This document shows, one piece after another, positions 13,895 to 28,719 of a DNA stretch of 64,000 nucleotides. Below the pieces are notes generated by a model, which searched no databases, was not told where the DNA came from, and worked only from the letters and a program-made list of their open reading frames with translations. The position numbers and the translations under genes are program-made. The DNA comes from the human T2T-CHM13v2.0 reference genome, Homo sapiens. How positions within the stretch are numbered: position 1 is the first letter of the stretch; each line of letters opens with the position of its first letter. Where the stretch lies: assembly GCF_009914755.1 (NCBI RefSeq), contig NC_060925.1, one strand, 5' to 3'.

Positions 13895-14060
13895 TTTTAT
13901 TCATTCATTCGTCTAATTATTCAGAAACTATTTATTGAATGATTTTGATGGTCGATGGGCTGAGCGAGGTGCCGGAGAAACATTGCAGAACAAGACCTGG
14001 TCCTTGTTCGCATAGAAGACATAGAGAGCAGACAGGCATTACACCAATAATTACTCCATT
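13895..14060 (-). mobile_element. L2 3' end
   Basis: 'ttcattcattc...tatttattgaatg' terminus. Confidence 0.7.
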
Positions 14061-14074
14061 CCTCCTCATTCTCA

Positions 14075-14220
14075 GCCTTCAGTGTGACTAAAAGTCATCC
14101 AGGAAGCTTGCTTAAAACTACATATTCCAAAATCACCAGACCTGAAGTGGGGCTGAGGAATTAGCATTTTTAATGAGTTCCACGGTGAGTCTGGTGCAGG
14201 TTGGTTGAAGAATCGTGTAA
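14075..14220. mobile_element. MER5A-type hAT MITE
   Basis: 'gtggggctgaggaattagcatttttaatgagttccacggtgagtctggtgcagg'. Confidence 0.65.
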
Positions 14221-16140
14221 CTAATGAGGCTACAGAACAGTCTTTCTGCGTTTCCTGTGGCTCCCGAGTCTCCTGTCCCAAGCTTTCCACACAGGAATGC
14301 TCATTTCTTGCTTTGCAGCCCTTAGTCTTTGCCTGCACACTTTCTTAGAACTCAGTCTTTAAACACTAGGTCCCAAGCATTAAATAATTTATTTCTAGGG
14401 AAAACTCTGATTCCCACCAACATACTCTGAAAACACCTTCAGCATTTTCCTGCAGCTTCCTGTTCCCTAACCTGAACCCCCTGCCACTCCACTTTTTCAG
14501 AGAGCTGTATCGTTTCTCTATCCTGTGAGATTCAGCAATGGGAGAATTTTCGCACCCCTTTGGACAGGGAGAGTCACTTTCTGCTTGCAAGGTGCTTGAG
14601 TCCTTCCAACAGGAAACCATTCAACAGTCCATCCCACCTGGGTTATCAAAGGGCATAACTTTCACCTCTTCATGCCTCCTGTTACAAACACACGTGTTCG
14701 CTCACACATCCATATGCATATAAGTAGGTTTGCATATAAAACTATCTAAATAAAATCTGTCATTTTATTAATGTTATCAAAAGATATCCATTTTCAAATT
14801 GTCACGAACAAACCATATACTGCCAGCAGTCCATATGAAAATGTGACTCTTCTCAATTCTATTTTCATAAATCTACCACAAAGGAAAGAACCCCAGTCTC
14901 AAAGTATAACGGCCCTTTCTCTTCCTGTAGATAACAGAGTTAGGACCATGCCTTGACATGACCCCGTGCCTGGACCTTACTGTGACTCAGCCCATGACTC
15001 CAACAAATTAAGGCAAGACCAGTTTTCATCTCACTCCCAAGCACAAATTGTTGCTGCTTAATAATCTCTGAACCAACTAACTATATCCCAGTAGATTCTA
15101 ATACTTGTGAAAGTCACTCCTTACATTTTTAATTTCTTCATAACATGGTAATACCTCACTATTAAAAAATTAGGTGCTTAGGGGTGAACTGAATGAATTT
15201 GTGAAAAGTGTGAATTATAAAGTATATCTTTTCAGAGAAATTTTGTTACTATAAAATACAACAAAATTAAGTAAGTCTTGCCTAGTGGAAAGCATGCTGC
15301 CCTGCCCTGCTTTAATGAGTGAATGAGAATAATTTGTAATTCACATACAAAGGTTGCTGAATTGCTTTTTTAAATGTTCCTAGCATAGGGCACACATGCT
15401 TCCAAAGGACACATCACAGGAATTAAGCAAAGCTGGCTCTGTAAATACTCAATAGGGATATTATAAAAGATTTAAGCACTGGATAATTTTTTGAAATCTA
15501 TATCAGCCAAAAACTTCCATGATTATGTGACAAACCCAATTTAACGTATCTTTTTTTAAATTTGATAAAATTATTTTGAGTTATCATGAAGTCTAAACTA
15601 GTAACACCCAAATTGAAAGATTTTGCTTAACCCAATTACTCTGTTTTCTGATTTTTATAGGAAAGTTCATATTTGGTGTTCTGCCAAGAGCATCATGTTC
15701 CATGATCTATCTAACTGAAAAAAAGGAGAAAACTTTACTCCAGAGATAAAGAGTAGCACAATAATAAAATTAGCAACTGACATTTATGTCACAGTGTACA
15801 ATTTACTTCCAAATGCTATATCTTTTTAAATTCACACTTATTCTGTACAATAAGTAAAGAGAGTTATTATTAATAATTCCATGTTAAAGTCAGAGAATCC
15901 AAGAGTCTATAAGCTCTTTCAGGATCGTGGTTCAGGTCTTCTGACTCCAGAGTCTACGTGGTGTATAATAGAAGTTCAATGTGTATTAGTTTAATAAATG
16001 AACAAATTAATTAATTAAAGTAATTAAGGATATCCTAGCTAATTTAAAGAAAGAGCTACTAGACAAAGGAAAATAGTCATTTCAACACTAAACAACTCTC
16101 AGATGCTTAGGAATACAGCAATCCTATCATAATACATAGC

Positions 16141-16315
16141 CAGGACTGGCTACATAATTCGCAGGGCCTGGCGTAAAACAAATACATAAGGTCCCTTATT
16201 CAAAAATCATTAAGAAATTCAGGAGAGTAACAACAGAGTATTCAGGCACAGGGTCCTTCAAAGAGCAGGGAACCCTGATGACTACACAGATTGTTCATCC
16301 TTGAAGCCTGCTCTG
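16141..16315 (-). mobile_element. MER45A (hAT-Tip100)
   Basis: ends CAGGACTGGCTACATAATT ... GAAGCCTGCTCTG match reverse complement of MER45A. Confidence 0.8.
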
Positions 16316-16349
16316 CACAGCACATTTTAAAGCTTAGAGCACTAGCTCC

Positions 16350-17033
16350 TGGAAGAAATGATACCACCTTGTGGATAGCATTTTTAATATTTGGTAGGTG
16401 GGCAGGTTCTTGGTTGGTACAAGGAGGCCCTGCTGATTCATAGTAGGCAGGAGCCAAGGATTCTAGAGATCTTCAATGGCAGGGACAGTTCTGAACTATG
16501 AAGAATCTTCCTGCTTCCCAGAGAGCTTTTGAATGTTCCACAGATATTCACATGGCTGAAAAGCCTGTTTTTAATTATCTGAGCTTAAAATCTACCTTTG
16601 CTTTACATATCTTGAATTTTCCAGGAATGTGACTACCATGTCAATTCTGGAAATGTTGTGTGCTGCTAGTTTAGAACTTTAATGACATCAGTACTTCTCG
16701 TGGCATATGAGGCACCAAAGTAACCTACCTGCATCACTCTGCATTTGTAGCTGTCACATCATTCAAAGTGATTCAACATAGTAGTACAAGGCTCTGACTC
16801 CTTCATCATATCTTCTGGTATTAGCCATACTTTTACATAAAGGAATATGTATTATTTTATCATAAATTGTTTTCCTTTTATTTCCCCTTTAAATTATAGT
16901 TAGAGCATTTTTTTTCCTAATTGGATGAAGGTAGGTTGTAATATTCAGTCATTTCATTTCATGTTGGCAAAAGGAGATTTCAAAATACTTGTTATATAAA
17001 GTGGCTTTGGGTATGAAAGAGTTGAGAACCATA
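16350..17033 (+). mobile_element. MER20B (hAT-Charlie)
   Basis: 'gaaaagcctgtttttaattatctgagc', 'gaattttccaggaatgtgactacc', 'ctgcatttgtagctgtcac', 3' end 'gttgagaacca'. Confidence 0.75.
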
Positions 17034-17039
17034 GGTTTA

Positions 17040-17520
17040 TAGGCATAAGATTACAAAATGTTTGAGCTGGAAAGAATTTGGGGGATTATCTAATTCACTG
17101 ACAGATAAGGAAATTGAGGCTGAAACAAATTCTATATCTTGCCTAAGGTCACCCTGCAATTATTGGCAATGCCAGGACTTGAAACCATGCTGTTTTCCAG
17201 GACTATAAAAAAAATTCATTCTTTCTTTCTTATTGTCCTTCCTTCCTTCTTTCTTTTCAATAAGTGCAACTGAGCTCCTGCAGGTCAGGCATTGGGGTGG
17301 TCTCGATAATGCAGACATGACTAAGACACAGCTCCAGTCTTTAAGGAGATCACAGGCTGTCTGGAAAACAGGACAGAGCCCAAATATGGTACAGCATACC
17401 TTAGAGTAAACCTATGTTCAAAACATTACAAGGAGGAAACGACTGATCCTTTTCCTGGGAGTTCCAAAAAGATTTCCCAGCTATAGCGAAATTTGAATAC
17501 TGAAGTGGGAGAAAGGCTTG
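17040..17520. mobile_element. MIR3 plus L2 fragments
   Basis: 'gagctggaaagaatttgggggattatctaattc...acagataaggaaattgaggc', then L2 3' region. Confidence 0.6.
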
Positions 17521-18430
17521 GCCCAGTAGGAATAGGGTCGCCCTCATTCTAAGCAGTTGCCCTGCCCAAGTGTGCAAAGCCACAATGGCCAAAACGAGAC
17601 CATCTGTAATCAGGTATTGACTGCCCACAGCCCAGAGACAGTTGGAGCCCTTAATGGCAAGAGTACAAGTAGAAGCACAGGCTTGTCATTATCTTACCCA
17701 ACACAGCCCTGAGACCAAGCAGAGGGCAGGGCTGTTTCAGAACACTTGGGACTTCATGAGGTTGACAGGGAGGAGGGAAAAGAAAGGGAAAGTCTCCAGG
17801 CAGCTCCCTGGGTTAAAGGGCCTGATAAGCCCCTGGATTTCTGTAGGCACTGGCCAGAGTGCAAGCTAAGAAAATAGCTTGTTGATTGCTGAAGTGATTA
17901 AGTGGATCGCCTTATTGATTCTCACCTAGCTTGGAACAGACCTCAATAACCAACATCAAGTGCTTTAATAAGGGCAAAGAAAGATTTACTGGATGTGAGT
18001 GCTTTTCATTAGAGAGGACTGAGGGGAAATAAAACATACTGACCCACCAGTGAGGGGCCATGGCATGGCTTCCAGCCTGGTGACTGCCAACCAGACAGGA
18101 AGGTGAGTAAGAGGAAGTCAAATGAGACAGCCCCTGGGCCTGAGCTTATCAAAGCATTCGAAAAAAATTTCCACAGATTGCTAGATTGTCTGCTTCCCTT
18201 CTGCCTCTCCACACTGCAAACCTCACCACCCAGGAAGCGAGGACACAGTCAGAGTGGCTGCTGCTTACTGAGCCCAAATCCAGGCACCAGCTTGGCCTTT
18301 TGGTAAAGATGACCTCTAATCTTCACCTCAACCCTACAAGGAGTGCATAAGTTTCTCCACATTACAAAGAAGGAATCAAAAACTAAAGAAGACACTCAAA
18401 TGGTGGCACTAGGATTAGAACCCAGATCTC

Positions 18431-18741
18431 GGCTGGGCCTGGTGGCTCATGCCTGTCATCTCAGCATTTTGGGAGGCTGAGGCAGGAGGACCACTTGGGC
18501 CCAGAAGGCCAAGACCAACCTGGGCAACATGGTAAAATCCTGTCTGTACAAAAAATGCAAAAAAAAAAAAAAATTAGCTGGGCATGATGGCATGCACCTG
18601 TAGTCCTAGCTGCTCAGGAGGCTGAAGTGGGAGGACTGCTTGAGCCCAAGAGCTCAAGGCTGCAGGGATCCATGGTTGCACCACTGTGCTCCAGCCTGGG
18701 TGACACAGTGAGACCCTGTAATAAAATAAATTTTAAAAAAA
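18431..18741 (+). mobile_element. AluJ
   Basis: J diagnostics 'gggaggactgcttgagcccaag', 'gagaccctgt'; partial TSD aacccagat/aatccagat. Confidence 0.9.
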
Positions 18742-18859
18742 CAATCCAGATAACTCTAGCACCAAGGCCTATAATTTAAAATTTTCTGTGGACCTCTATT
18801 TTTCCTCTCAAGGCTTTGAGTTGAATACACTCTACCCTGCATAAATTGGCCAAATTTTT

Positions 18860-19910
18860 ATTTTTAATCAGCAATTGCTGTGTGTCAGGGGCCAACCAAG
18901 TATTACACCAGTTGATCTTCACAACCAGTTTAGAAGTTGGCCCTATGATTAGTATCCCCATTGTAGAGATCAGTTAACTGAGGCTTGGAGAGTTAACTTG
19001 CCCAAGGGTTCTTCAGTTAGCATGCAGCAAAATGGGACCCTGAACACAATGTTGTCAGAATCCAGGTCCTAAACTCTAATCAACTACGTCTTAAAGAAAG
19101 TATAAATGAAAAATACAGGTGGCAGTCTAAGAAGACACAGAAGAATGCAAAGACTACATCCATTCATTCAAATGTTCAACAAATACCTATTAAGCTCCGA
19201 CGGTACCACAAGCATTTTTTTTAACCCTGAGGATATAGTGATGATCAAAAAAGGCTGTCATGGGAATAATTTCTTTCGGAGACAGCAGATGATAATAGAG
19301 GAACATATAAGATAAATAAGAAGAATCCTGCAAGAGAGAAGTACAGTGAAGAAAATAAACCAGGGCAAAATGGGAGGGTCTGCTTTATATTGGGTGGTCA
19401 GGTAGGTTTCACCCAAGAAAGTTGCCTATAAGCTGAGGCTTCAAGGACAAGAAGGTACTAACCTTGCAAAGGTTTGGTTAAAACACCTTCTAGGCAGGAG
19501 AAATAGCGAGTGCCAAGGCCATAAGGCAGGAATGGACTTGATGCCTCCACAGAAGAGGAGGAGGCTGCAGTGATGAGTGAGGGAATGGTAGAAGAGGAGG
19601 TCTGAAAGGAGGGGCAGTGAAGTCTCGGGGGCCTGGCAGGTCATCACAAGAAATTAGGTTTCATTCTAATTAAGAGAGGAAGCCATGGAAGCATTTGAAC
19701 TATTTTCAATGATTTGCATTATAAAAACATAATTTTGACTACTGTTTGGAGGGGACAAGAAGTTGCAGGGAGACAAGAGGGGAGGCCACTGCAGGACTTC
19801 AGATGGAGCGATAATGTTAGCTCAGATCAAGTATAAGTTAGCAACATGAAGAAGTGGCCACATCCTGAATGTAACTGGGGAAATTGCTGACCTGACTTGC
19901 CACTTTACAC
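18860..19910. mobile_element. MIR (18860-19090) then long L2 fragment (19155-19910, minus)
   Basis: MIR core 'tatccccattgtagagatcagttaactgaggcttggagag'; L2 terminus 'catccattcattcaaatgttcaacaaatacctattaag'. Confidence 0.7.
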
Positions 19911-22608
19911 TTTTGGAAGTGGACAGGAGCTGCTGCCTTTCTGATACTCCCACATGGTGCCCCCCTGCCAGCTGCTTTCATTATGTTTTGACCGGCTTCT
20001 GCCAAGTCAGACTACAAAAACTTCACTGAAATAACAGAATGTGATGCCGTCATCTCCTCTGCACACCCCAGGAGAGGGTTTTATAAAGTTTCACAAACAA
20101 CAACACCTGCTAGGAAGCCAGACAGCTCCCCTGACCACTGCCCAGGCTGACCCAGACAGAAGAGAGAAGACACTGGCAGAGAACTCCCTGCTCTTCTAAA
20201 CAGCCCCAGGGGTGGTTTGCCCTGTTCACTGTGGTCAAAGTGGCATTACTACTTCAGAAGAAATAGAAAATGAGGTGAATAGAAAACAGAAGAAAGTTGA
20301 GGTCACAATAAGATACCACCTCATATATTTAAAGGAAACTGAGAGACGCTGGGTTTCCTCCTGGCACGTCTGTGAAAATGCGAGAAAGGTCTGTCTACCA
20401 CCAACTTGTTTAAACCAGGGGAAATTCATCAGAAGGATAATGAAGAACTTGACAGAGAGCATTCCTTTGTGTCATGTTCTCAGGAGTGAAGACAGCTGGT
20501 GGCATGCAATCGTCTGCAGGTCTGACTCAGGGAGACAGAAGGTTGGGCACAAGGTGAACTGTCAGGAGAAAAAAAAATTGAGAGAACCTTAGAGAAGATG
20601 ACCTTTGTACATAATTGATCTGACAGAGCACTGCCCACCCCATCACTACAGCTGAAATATGGCCACTCTCCCATGTGGGAATGCACTTGCGTTTAAGGGC
20701 ACCAGACGCCATCTATTAAGGAAAGTGTTTAAGCAGGAAGGATAACATGTCTGTCAGTCTGAGCTAGTGATTCTGGGGACTCAAACACCATGCCAGAGTC
20801 CAGGATTAAAAAAATTCTACCTCTATTCTAAATAAAAAGGAATTTTATTCATCAAATGAACAAAGGAACAGAGTGAATGGCTTATGACAACCTCCCCTCC
20901 TGACATTTGGTTTGTTAGTTGTACTCAGGGAAAAAATGTTGTCCACTCTAGAGAACTTCATAAAAAGTGGTTCTAGAATTATTCTCAGCTACTTGAGTTT
21001 GCTAATTCCTAAGGGTAGGGTAAAAGTTGTCCATTATTTCATCAACAAATATTTATTTAGTATTCATCATTCTGCTAGGAACAATATTAAACAAGATAGG
21101 CACACCAGCCCTGCCCTCATGAACTTAACAATTCAGTCAGCTTTCAGGCCTTTTCAGATATTTAGGCATATGTATTAGTCTGTTCTCATATTGCTATAAA
21201 GGACTGCCCAATACTGGGTAATTTATAAAGAAAAAGGTTTAATTGACTCACAGCTCTGCATGGCTGGGGAGGCCTCAGGAAACTTACAATCATGGCAGAA
21301 GGGGAAGGAAGCACAACCCTCTTCACATGATGGCAGGAAAGAGAAGTGCCAAGCAAAAGTGGGAAAAGCCCCTTATAAAACCAACATAACTCTTGAGAAC
21401 TCACTCACTATCACAAGAACAGCAGCATGGGGTAACCTCCCCCATAATTCAATTACCTCCCACTGGGTCCCTCCCACAACACATGGGGATTATGGGAACT
21501 ACAACACAAGGTGAGATTTGGAGATTTGGGTGGGGACACAGACAAACCATATCATTTCTCTCCAGTCCCTCCCAAATCTCAAGTCCTCACATCATTTCAA
21601 AACATAATTATCCCTTCCCAACAGTCCCCCAAAGTTTTAACTCATTCCAGCATTAACCTAAAAGTCCAAGTCAAAAGTTTCATCTAAGACAAGGCAAGTG
21701 CCTTCCACCTATAAGCCTATAAAATCAAAAACATGTTACTTCCAAGATACAATGGGGATACAGGCATTGGGTAGATACACTTGTTCCAAATGGAAGAAAT
21801 TGGCAAAAATGAAGGGGCTACAGTCTCCATGCAAGTCCAAAATGCAGCAGGGCAGTCAAATCTTAAAGCTCCAAAATGGTCCATTTGACTCCATGTCTCA
21901 CATCCAGGTCACACTGATGCAAGAGGTGGGCTCACACAGCCTTGGGGAGCTCTCCCCCTGTGGCTTTTCAGGGTACAGCCCCCCTCCCAGCTTCCTTCAT
22001 GGGCTGGCAGTGAGTGTCTGAAGCTTTTCCAGGTGCATGGTGCAAGCTGTCAGCAGATCTACCATTCTGGGGATCTGTAGGACAGTAGCCCTCTTCTCAT
22101 AGCTCCACTAGGCAGTGCTCCAGTAGGGACTCTGTGTAGGGGCTCCAACCCCACATTTCCCTTCCACACTGCCCTAGCAGAGGTTCTCCATGAGGGCTCC
22201 GTCCCTGACACAAAACTTCTGCCTGGACATCCAGGCATTTCCATACATCCTCTGAATTCTAGGGAGTGGTTCCCAAGCCTCAGTGCTTGACTTCTGTGCA
22301 CCTACAGGCTCAATACCACATGGAAACTGCTAAGGTTAGAAGCTTGCACCGTCTGAAGCCACACCCCATCTGTATCTTTGCCCCTTTTAGCCATGCCTGG
22401 GATGCAGGGCATCAAGTCCTGAGATTACACAAAGCAGCAAGGCCTTGGGCTCAGCCCACAAAACCATTTGTTCCTCCTAGGCCCCCTGGCCTGTGATGGG
22501 AGGGACAGCTGTGAAGGTCTCTGACATGTCCTGGAGAATGTTTCCCATTGTCTTGGCAATTAACATGTGGCTCCTCATTACTTATGCAAATTTCTGCAGC
22601 CAGCTTGA

Positions 22609-23390
<782 letters not shown>

Positions 23391-24189
23391 CCAAGTCACC
23401 TCTTGAACACCTTGTTGCTTAAAAAATTTATTTCACCAGATACCTTAAATTGTCTCTCTCAGGTTCAAAGTTCTGCAGATCTCTAGGGCAGAGACAAAAT
23501 GCTACCAGTCTCTTCATTAAAGGATAGCAAGAATTACTTTTGTTCAAGTTCCCAATAAATTTCTCATCTCCATCTGAGACCACCTCAATCTGGACTTCAT
23601 TGTCCATATCACTATCAGCATTTTGGTCAAAGCCATTCAACAAGTCTCTGGGAATTTCCAAACTTTCCCACATCTTCTTATCTTCTTCTGAGTCCTCCAA
23701 ACTCTTCCACCCTCTGCCTGTTACCCAGCTCTAAAGTCACCTCCACATTTTCAAGTATGTTTATAGCAGCACCCCACTACCTGGTATCAATTTACTGTAT
23801 TAGTCCATTCTCGTGCTGCTAAAAAGGACTGCCTGAGACTGGGTAATTTATAAAAGAAAGAGGTTTAATTGACTCACAGTTCTGCATGGCTGAGGAGGCC
23901 TCAAGAAACTTACAATCATGGTGGAAGGGGAAGCAAACACGTCCTTCTTCATATGATGGCAGGAAGGGGAAGGGTCTAGCAAAATGGGGAAAATCCCTTT
24001 ATAAAACCACCAGATCTTGTGAGAACTCACTATCACAAGAACAGCAGCATGTGGGTAACTATTTCCAAGATTCAATTACCTCTCACTGGGTCCCTCCCAC
24101 AACCTCCATGTGGGTATTATGGGAACTACAATTCCGGAAGAGATTTGGGTAGGGTCACAACAAACGACATCAGCATATCTATGACAAAG

Positions 24190-25700
24190 GATTAAATTCA
24201 GTTTAATTCAACAAGACTGCACTGGACCCTTATTCTAAGTAATACAAGCATAACTTAAGAATTATTCATCCAACAAATATTGAAAAAACAACACATGTGA
24301 CTTACTGCGTTTTGGGAGACACATAGTTGATTTCGATCTAGATAACTCTCTCAAGGAAGCTGCAGTGTGGTAGGAATGATAAGACTTGTACATAGATAAG
24401 TAACACCAATGATAGAAAATGATAAATATCATTTTTAAAAAGAGAAGTGCAGATGGTGAAATTTAACAGGAAGGATAAGGAGATGACCAATTCCAGGAGA
24501 TGGGCAAAATCTATTCACTGCCTCAGTTTCCCAATGCATTCATTCATTCACTCAATAAATACAACTTGAATCATTGCCCTATTCCAGATACTGTTAGAGT
24601 CAGGGATGAAAACTAGACTAGAAGAGAGAGAGAGATGACAATTCCCTGGAATTAATACCTTAATATAGGTATATACGAGATACGGAGGGAAGAGAGAGGA
24701 GGGAACTTCCCAGCCTGCCTGTGGTGAGGGTCAGTTAGCAAAGGAAAGTTTTGTCAAGGAAATGACCCTTTGCTGAGTGTGGAAGAAAAGGGAACATCTC
24801 AGGAGAAAGAAGGGGGAAGCCACAGCACTCTAGGCAGGAAGATAACAAAGATTCTCAAAGGGAGAGACAGGGTGCATGTGGGCAGAGGGTGGGGGACAAG
24901 GCAGGGGCGGAGGCATAGGGAGCCTCTGCCAGTTTTCTCAGGGAAATGGGAGGTGAGGTTGACAGACAAGGAGGGGAGGTGGTGTGGTTTGGGGAACTGA
25001 AAAGGCAAGATAGGCTCTGGAAGGCTTCTCTGGGAAATGCAAGAAGATACTAATAAAGAACAAATAAAAGACAGTTCCAAAGTAGAAACCACAAATTTTT
25101 ATGTGGCATTAACTACACATCATAATGCAAAATACTCCAAAAATACTTAGTGCTCTGGGCATGAGAGTAGAGAAAGTGGAGAGAACACATCATTGGACAG
25201 ACAGAGCATGTGCGTGTGCAAGGGAAGGGGAGGGGTGCCATGAAGAGTTCAAATGCAAGTGTGTGGAGTCTGTCCTGCCTGATGGACTGAGAGAAAGTGG
25301 ATCAAGGAGTTGGAGCTGGAATGGCAAATAGTTTTCATCTCACGCATCAACTCCAGTTGATGGAACCTGTGCTGAGAAGGATCCCAAAGCAACCTCTGGG
25401 TTTAATAGGAGAGTGGCATGATCAGTCTGTGAGGTTCTCAATGAGCTGGAAAGAGTGGCAACAATCACACCAGGCATTGGCCATCTCTGGACCAGAGGCC
25501 AGACAAGGCTGTGAGAAGAGAGAGGAGTAAGAGAAGTAGCAGGACAGGGGGCTGTGGCCAGAGTGAGATGTTGGAAGGTGAGGTTTCGTGAAGACATCAA
25601 GGCCTAGAACATGGCTAGGGAAAAGTTTGGCTGACTGAAGAACAAGGCACAATCTAGTGTTCAAATACCTTCATGCTGCTGCTCTTGCCTCACTGAAGAG
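24190..25700 (-). mobile_element. Cluster of L2 fragments
   Basis: repeated L2 termini 'attcatccaacaaatattga', 'cattcattcattcactcaataaata' and upstream L2 body pieces. Confidence 0.55.
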
Positions 25701-26014
25701 GTAAAGTGTCTTCAGAAGACATGTGACATAAGGGAATGGTGGATGGTTGAAGAAACACTTGGCTGTTCTAATGTAAACAGAAGAAGGAGTGGGAAGCTCT
25801 CATTTCTCCATCATTATCAGGCTCTGTTCTCAGGAAGCCAGAGAAACCTATGGCATGCTGCCTATGCAGGCCTCCTCCAGACCCATGGCTCAGACAGACC
25901 CGCCTGAACTCCAGCAGAGAAACAAGCCCCTGACCATTCCCTTCATCAGGGCAGGCAGGATGCAAGCCAACAGCTTCTCCTCCAGTGAGCCAATCCCATT
26001 ACTTTTTTCCTTTT

Positions 26015-26695
26015 TAACTTTGTAAGAACACGTAACATGAGGGCCACCTTCTTAGCAAAATTTTAAGCACACAATACAGTATTATTGACCATAGGTAAAG
26101 CGTTGTACAGCAGATCTCTAGAACTCACTCATCTTGCTTAACTAAAACTGTATGTCCATTGATTAACAACTGTTCATTTCTCACTCCACCTAGCTCCTGG
26201 CAACCACCATTGCACTCTTTGATTCTACGAATTTGGCAATTTTAGATACCCCACATAAGTGGAATCATGCAGTTTCGTCTTTCTCTGAGTGGTTTATTTC
26301 ATTTAGTATAATGTCCTCAAGATTCATCCATGTTGTCACATATTTTAGAGTTTCTTTTTTAAGGCTAAGTAATATTCTGGGATGTGTGTGTATGTGTGTG
26401 TGTGTTCCACATTTTCTTTATCCATTGATCTGTTGTTGGATATTTAGTTCATTTCTACATCTTGGCTATTGTGTATAGTGCTGCAATGAACATGGGAGTA
26501 CTAATATCTCTTCAAGATCCTCATTTCAATTCTTTTGGATAAATACCCTGTGGGACTGCTGGATCATATGGTAATTCTATTTTTAATTTTTTGAGGAACC
26601 TCCATACTGTTTTCCATAGCAGCTGCACCATTTGGCATTCCCACCAACAGCATGCAGGGTTCCAACTTTCCCACATCCTTGCCTGAATCTCTTTT
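26015..26695 (-). mobile_element. L1MA/L1MB (approx. L1MA10/MB1) 3' end
   Basis: 'caatacagtattattgaccatagg...ttgtacagcagatctctagaac', 'ggtaattctatttttaattttttgaggaacctccatactgttttcca'. Confidence 0.85.
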
Positions 26696-27661
26696 TGGAT
26701 TCCGGAGTGACAGTGTCTCAGGATCTTGGCGGGGAAGGACCATCACCTCCTCATAATCCGTGCCACTCTGGAGGGCTGAGCACACAGTTCTCCTTGTTTC
26801 CCTGTTTGCCAGCTTGCCTTGTGGATAAATGCAGAGAAGGATTCAGGATTGGAGGGAAGGGTGAATTCACGGCCCTACAGAGCATGTCTAAAAGCATTTG
26901 TCAAAAAAAGAGTTAATGACTGCTTCTCTGCGGGAAGCCCTAAAGAAATGAGTGTCCTGAAGTGTAGAACATTCGCTTTTACGGTAGGTGGTGTTATTGT
27001 TACATGTTCATACAGACAGTGCTAATTAACAATCCTAAAGGCCACATCATTAAATTATTTCTCCGCTAAAAACCCTATGATGTTTAATGCGTCCCAGCAA
27101 TTCAATTATATCTAAAACACTGGCCTGAACGGCAGGCACTATTCTGTGGCTGACAAAGTGCAAGTTGCTCTTAAGAACAGGTGAAGCTTAACAAGGAAAG
27201 AACAACATCTGACAAACTACCTCCCTGCTCTTCTCCCTAACATACACCCTAAGAATAAAAACAACAGTGATATTCCAAGAAAATTAACGTGGGTCTTACC
27301 TTTGCTAGGCTGGCGATGAAATATAGGCTTTACCAAATTTTCTGTGAAGAATCTGACAAGATTTTCTTAAAAGATTTCACCCAAAATAATCAAATCAGTG
27401 CCCTCAGATCTATTTAAGGTCCATCGGGTTTCACTGTTTTTTCTCTGGATCCTACCACCCATCCTTTGTCATTTCTAACCACTGCAAATTGCATTTTGGG
27501 TTTGAACTTGGGGTGACTTCATGGCTTTGGTCTGGGTTTTTCCTGGATGTGTATCACAGTCAGCAGAGAGCACTTTGAAGAGCACACAAAGCCTCTTTGT
27601 CTCCCACTCAGTGAAATATCTCAAGTACAGAGCACAGTGAAAAAGGGCTTCTTTCCAGCTT

Positions 27662-27664
<3 letters not shown>

Positions 27665-27712
<48 letters not shown>
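27665..27712. repeat. (CA)24 microsatellite
   Basis: uninterrupted CA run. Confidence 0.98.
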
Positions 27713-27716
<4 letters not shown>

Positions 27717-28209
27717 AAGCTCTTGCCCTTCCCTGCCGCCCCCAGCTGCTGTGGTGAGACAGTCTCTGCACAGGCACAGGGCCCAGTGCAACTGGCCAAG
27801 TGGCCTCAGTCCTCTGGACAAGGCTTGGCAGGCAGCACCATGACAGAACCTCCTGCTTGGAAGGTGTTGGTGCCGAGACTGCATCTGGGAGCAGCACATA
27901 TGTGATTCCACTAGTTTTTACACAAAGAGGCAGACTATGCCAGTGGCCAGCTGGCCAGCTGGGCACTCATCTGCAACCTTAGAAGCAGGAGTCAGGGAGC
28001 AACCCACTGATCCTCTTGTCATGGTCTTCCCAAGTGCCCAGTTTCCACATAAACCATTTCCTCATCACTCTCCTCCCTAACACTATCCCAACAGTACCCT
28101 CAAGGAGGCCCCACTCAGCTCTATGAGGACAGGGGGCTATGTATCTCCTTAGCTCCATACCACCAAGCACACTGCCTTACATGGAACACACTCTCAGTAA
28201 AGGTTTCTT

Positions 28210-28322
28210 GGATGGAAAGATGAATGAACAGATAGACAGATGGATGATGGGTGGGTGGATAAGTGTGTGCATGGATGGGTGTGTGCAGGGATGGGTGGGT
28301 GGATGGATGGGTGGGTGGATAG
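28210..28322. repeat. Degenerate (GGAT/GGGT)n simple repeat at the end of an L2 fragment
   Basis: 'ggatgatgggtgggtggat...ggatgggtgggtggatggatgggtgggtggat'. Confidence 0.8.
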
Positions 28323-28719
28323 AAGAATCTTATAAACCATTGTTCGGATCCTGGCTCAAACATTTTCTTTTTGTGAGATCTTGGGAAAATTACCAAAACT
28401 AAGATACTACAAAACTAAGCCTTTTGGTTTTTTATCTGTACAAAGAATGATAGCAGTTACGGTGGAGATTGAGAAAATTCAGTAAGCACCTGATAGTAGG
28501 TGCTCTGTACACATTCATGGTTTTTACCCAGGAACTGTTTATAGATTATCAAGTCCCTTGCTTCTGTAGGAGGTCTTTCCTATCACTGTCGAATTCATTG
28601 CTCACTTGCATCTCTCCCAAAGGGATGGCAGAGGAAAGGTAGTAAAGGGTGCTTAGAGTGGAGTGAGGACTACAAGAGGGAGCACCAGTATTGACTGGGG
28701 ATGCAGGGTTTCTAATTTT

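Noticed and set aside
27475-27966. ORFs with (CV)n runs
   Set aside because: Translation of the (CA)24 microsatellite.
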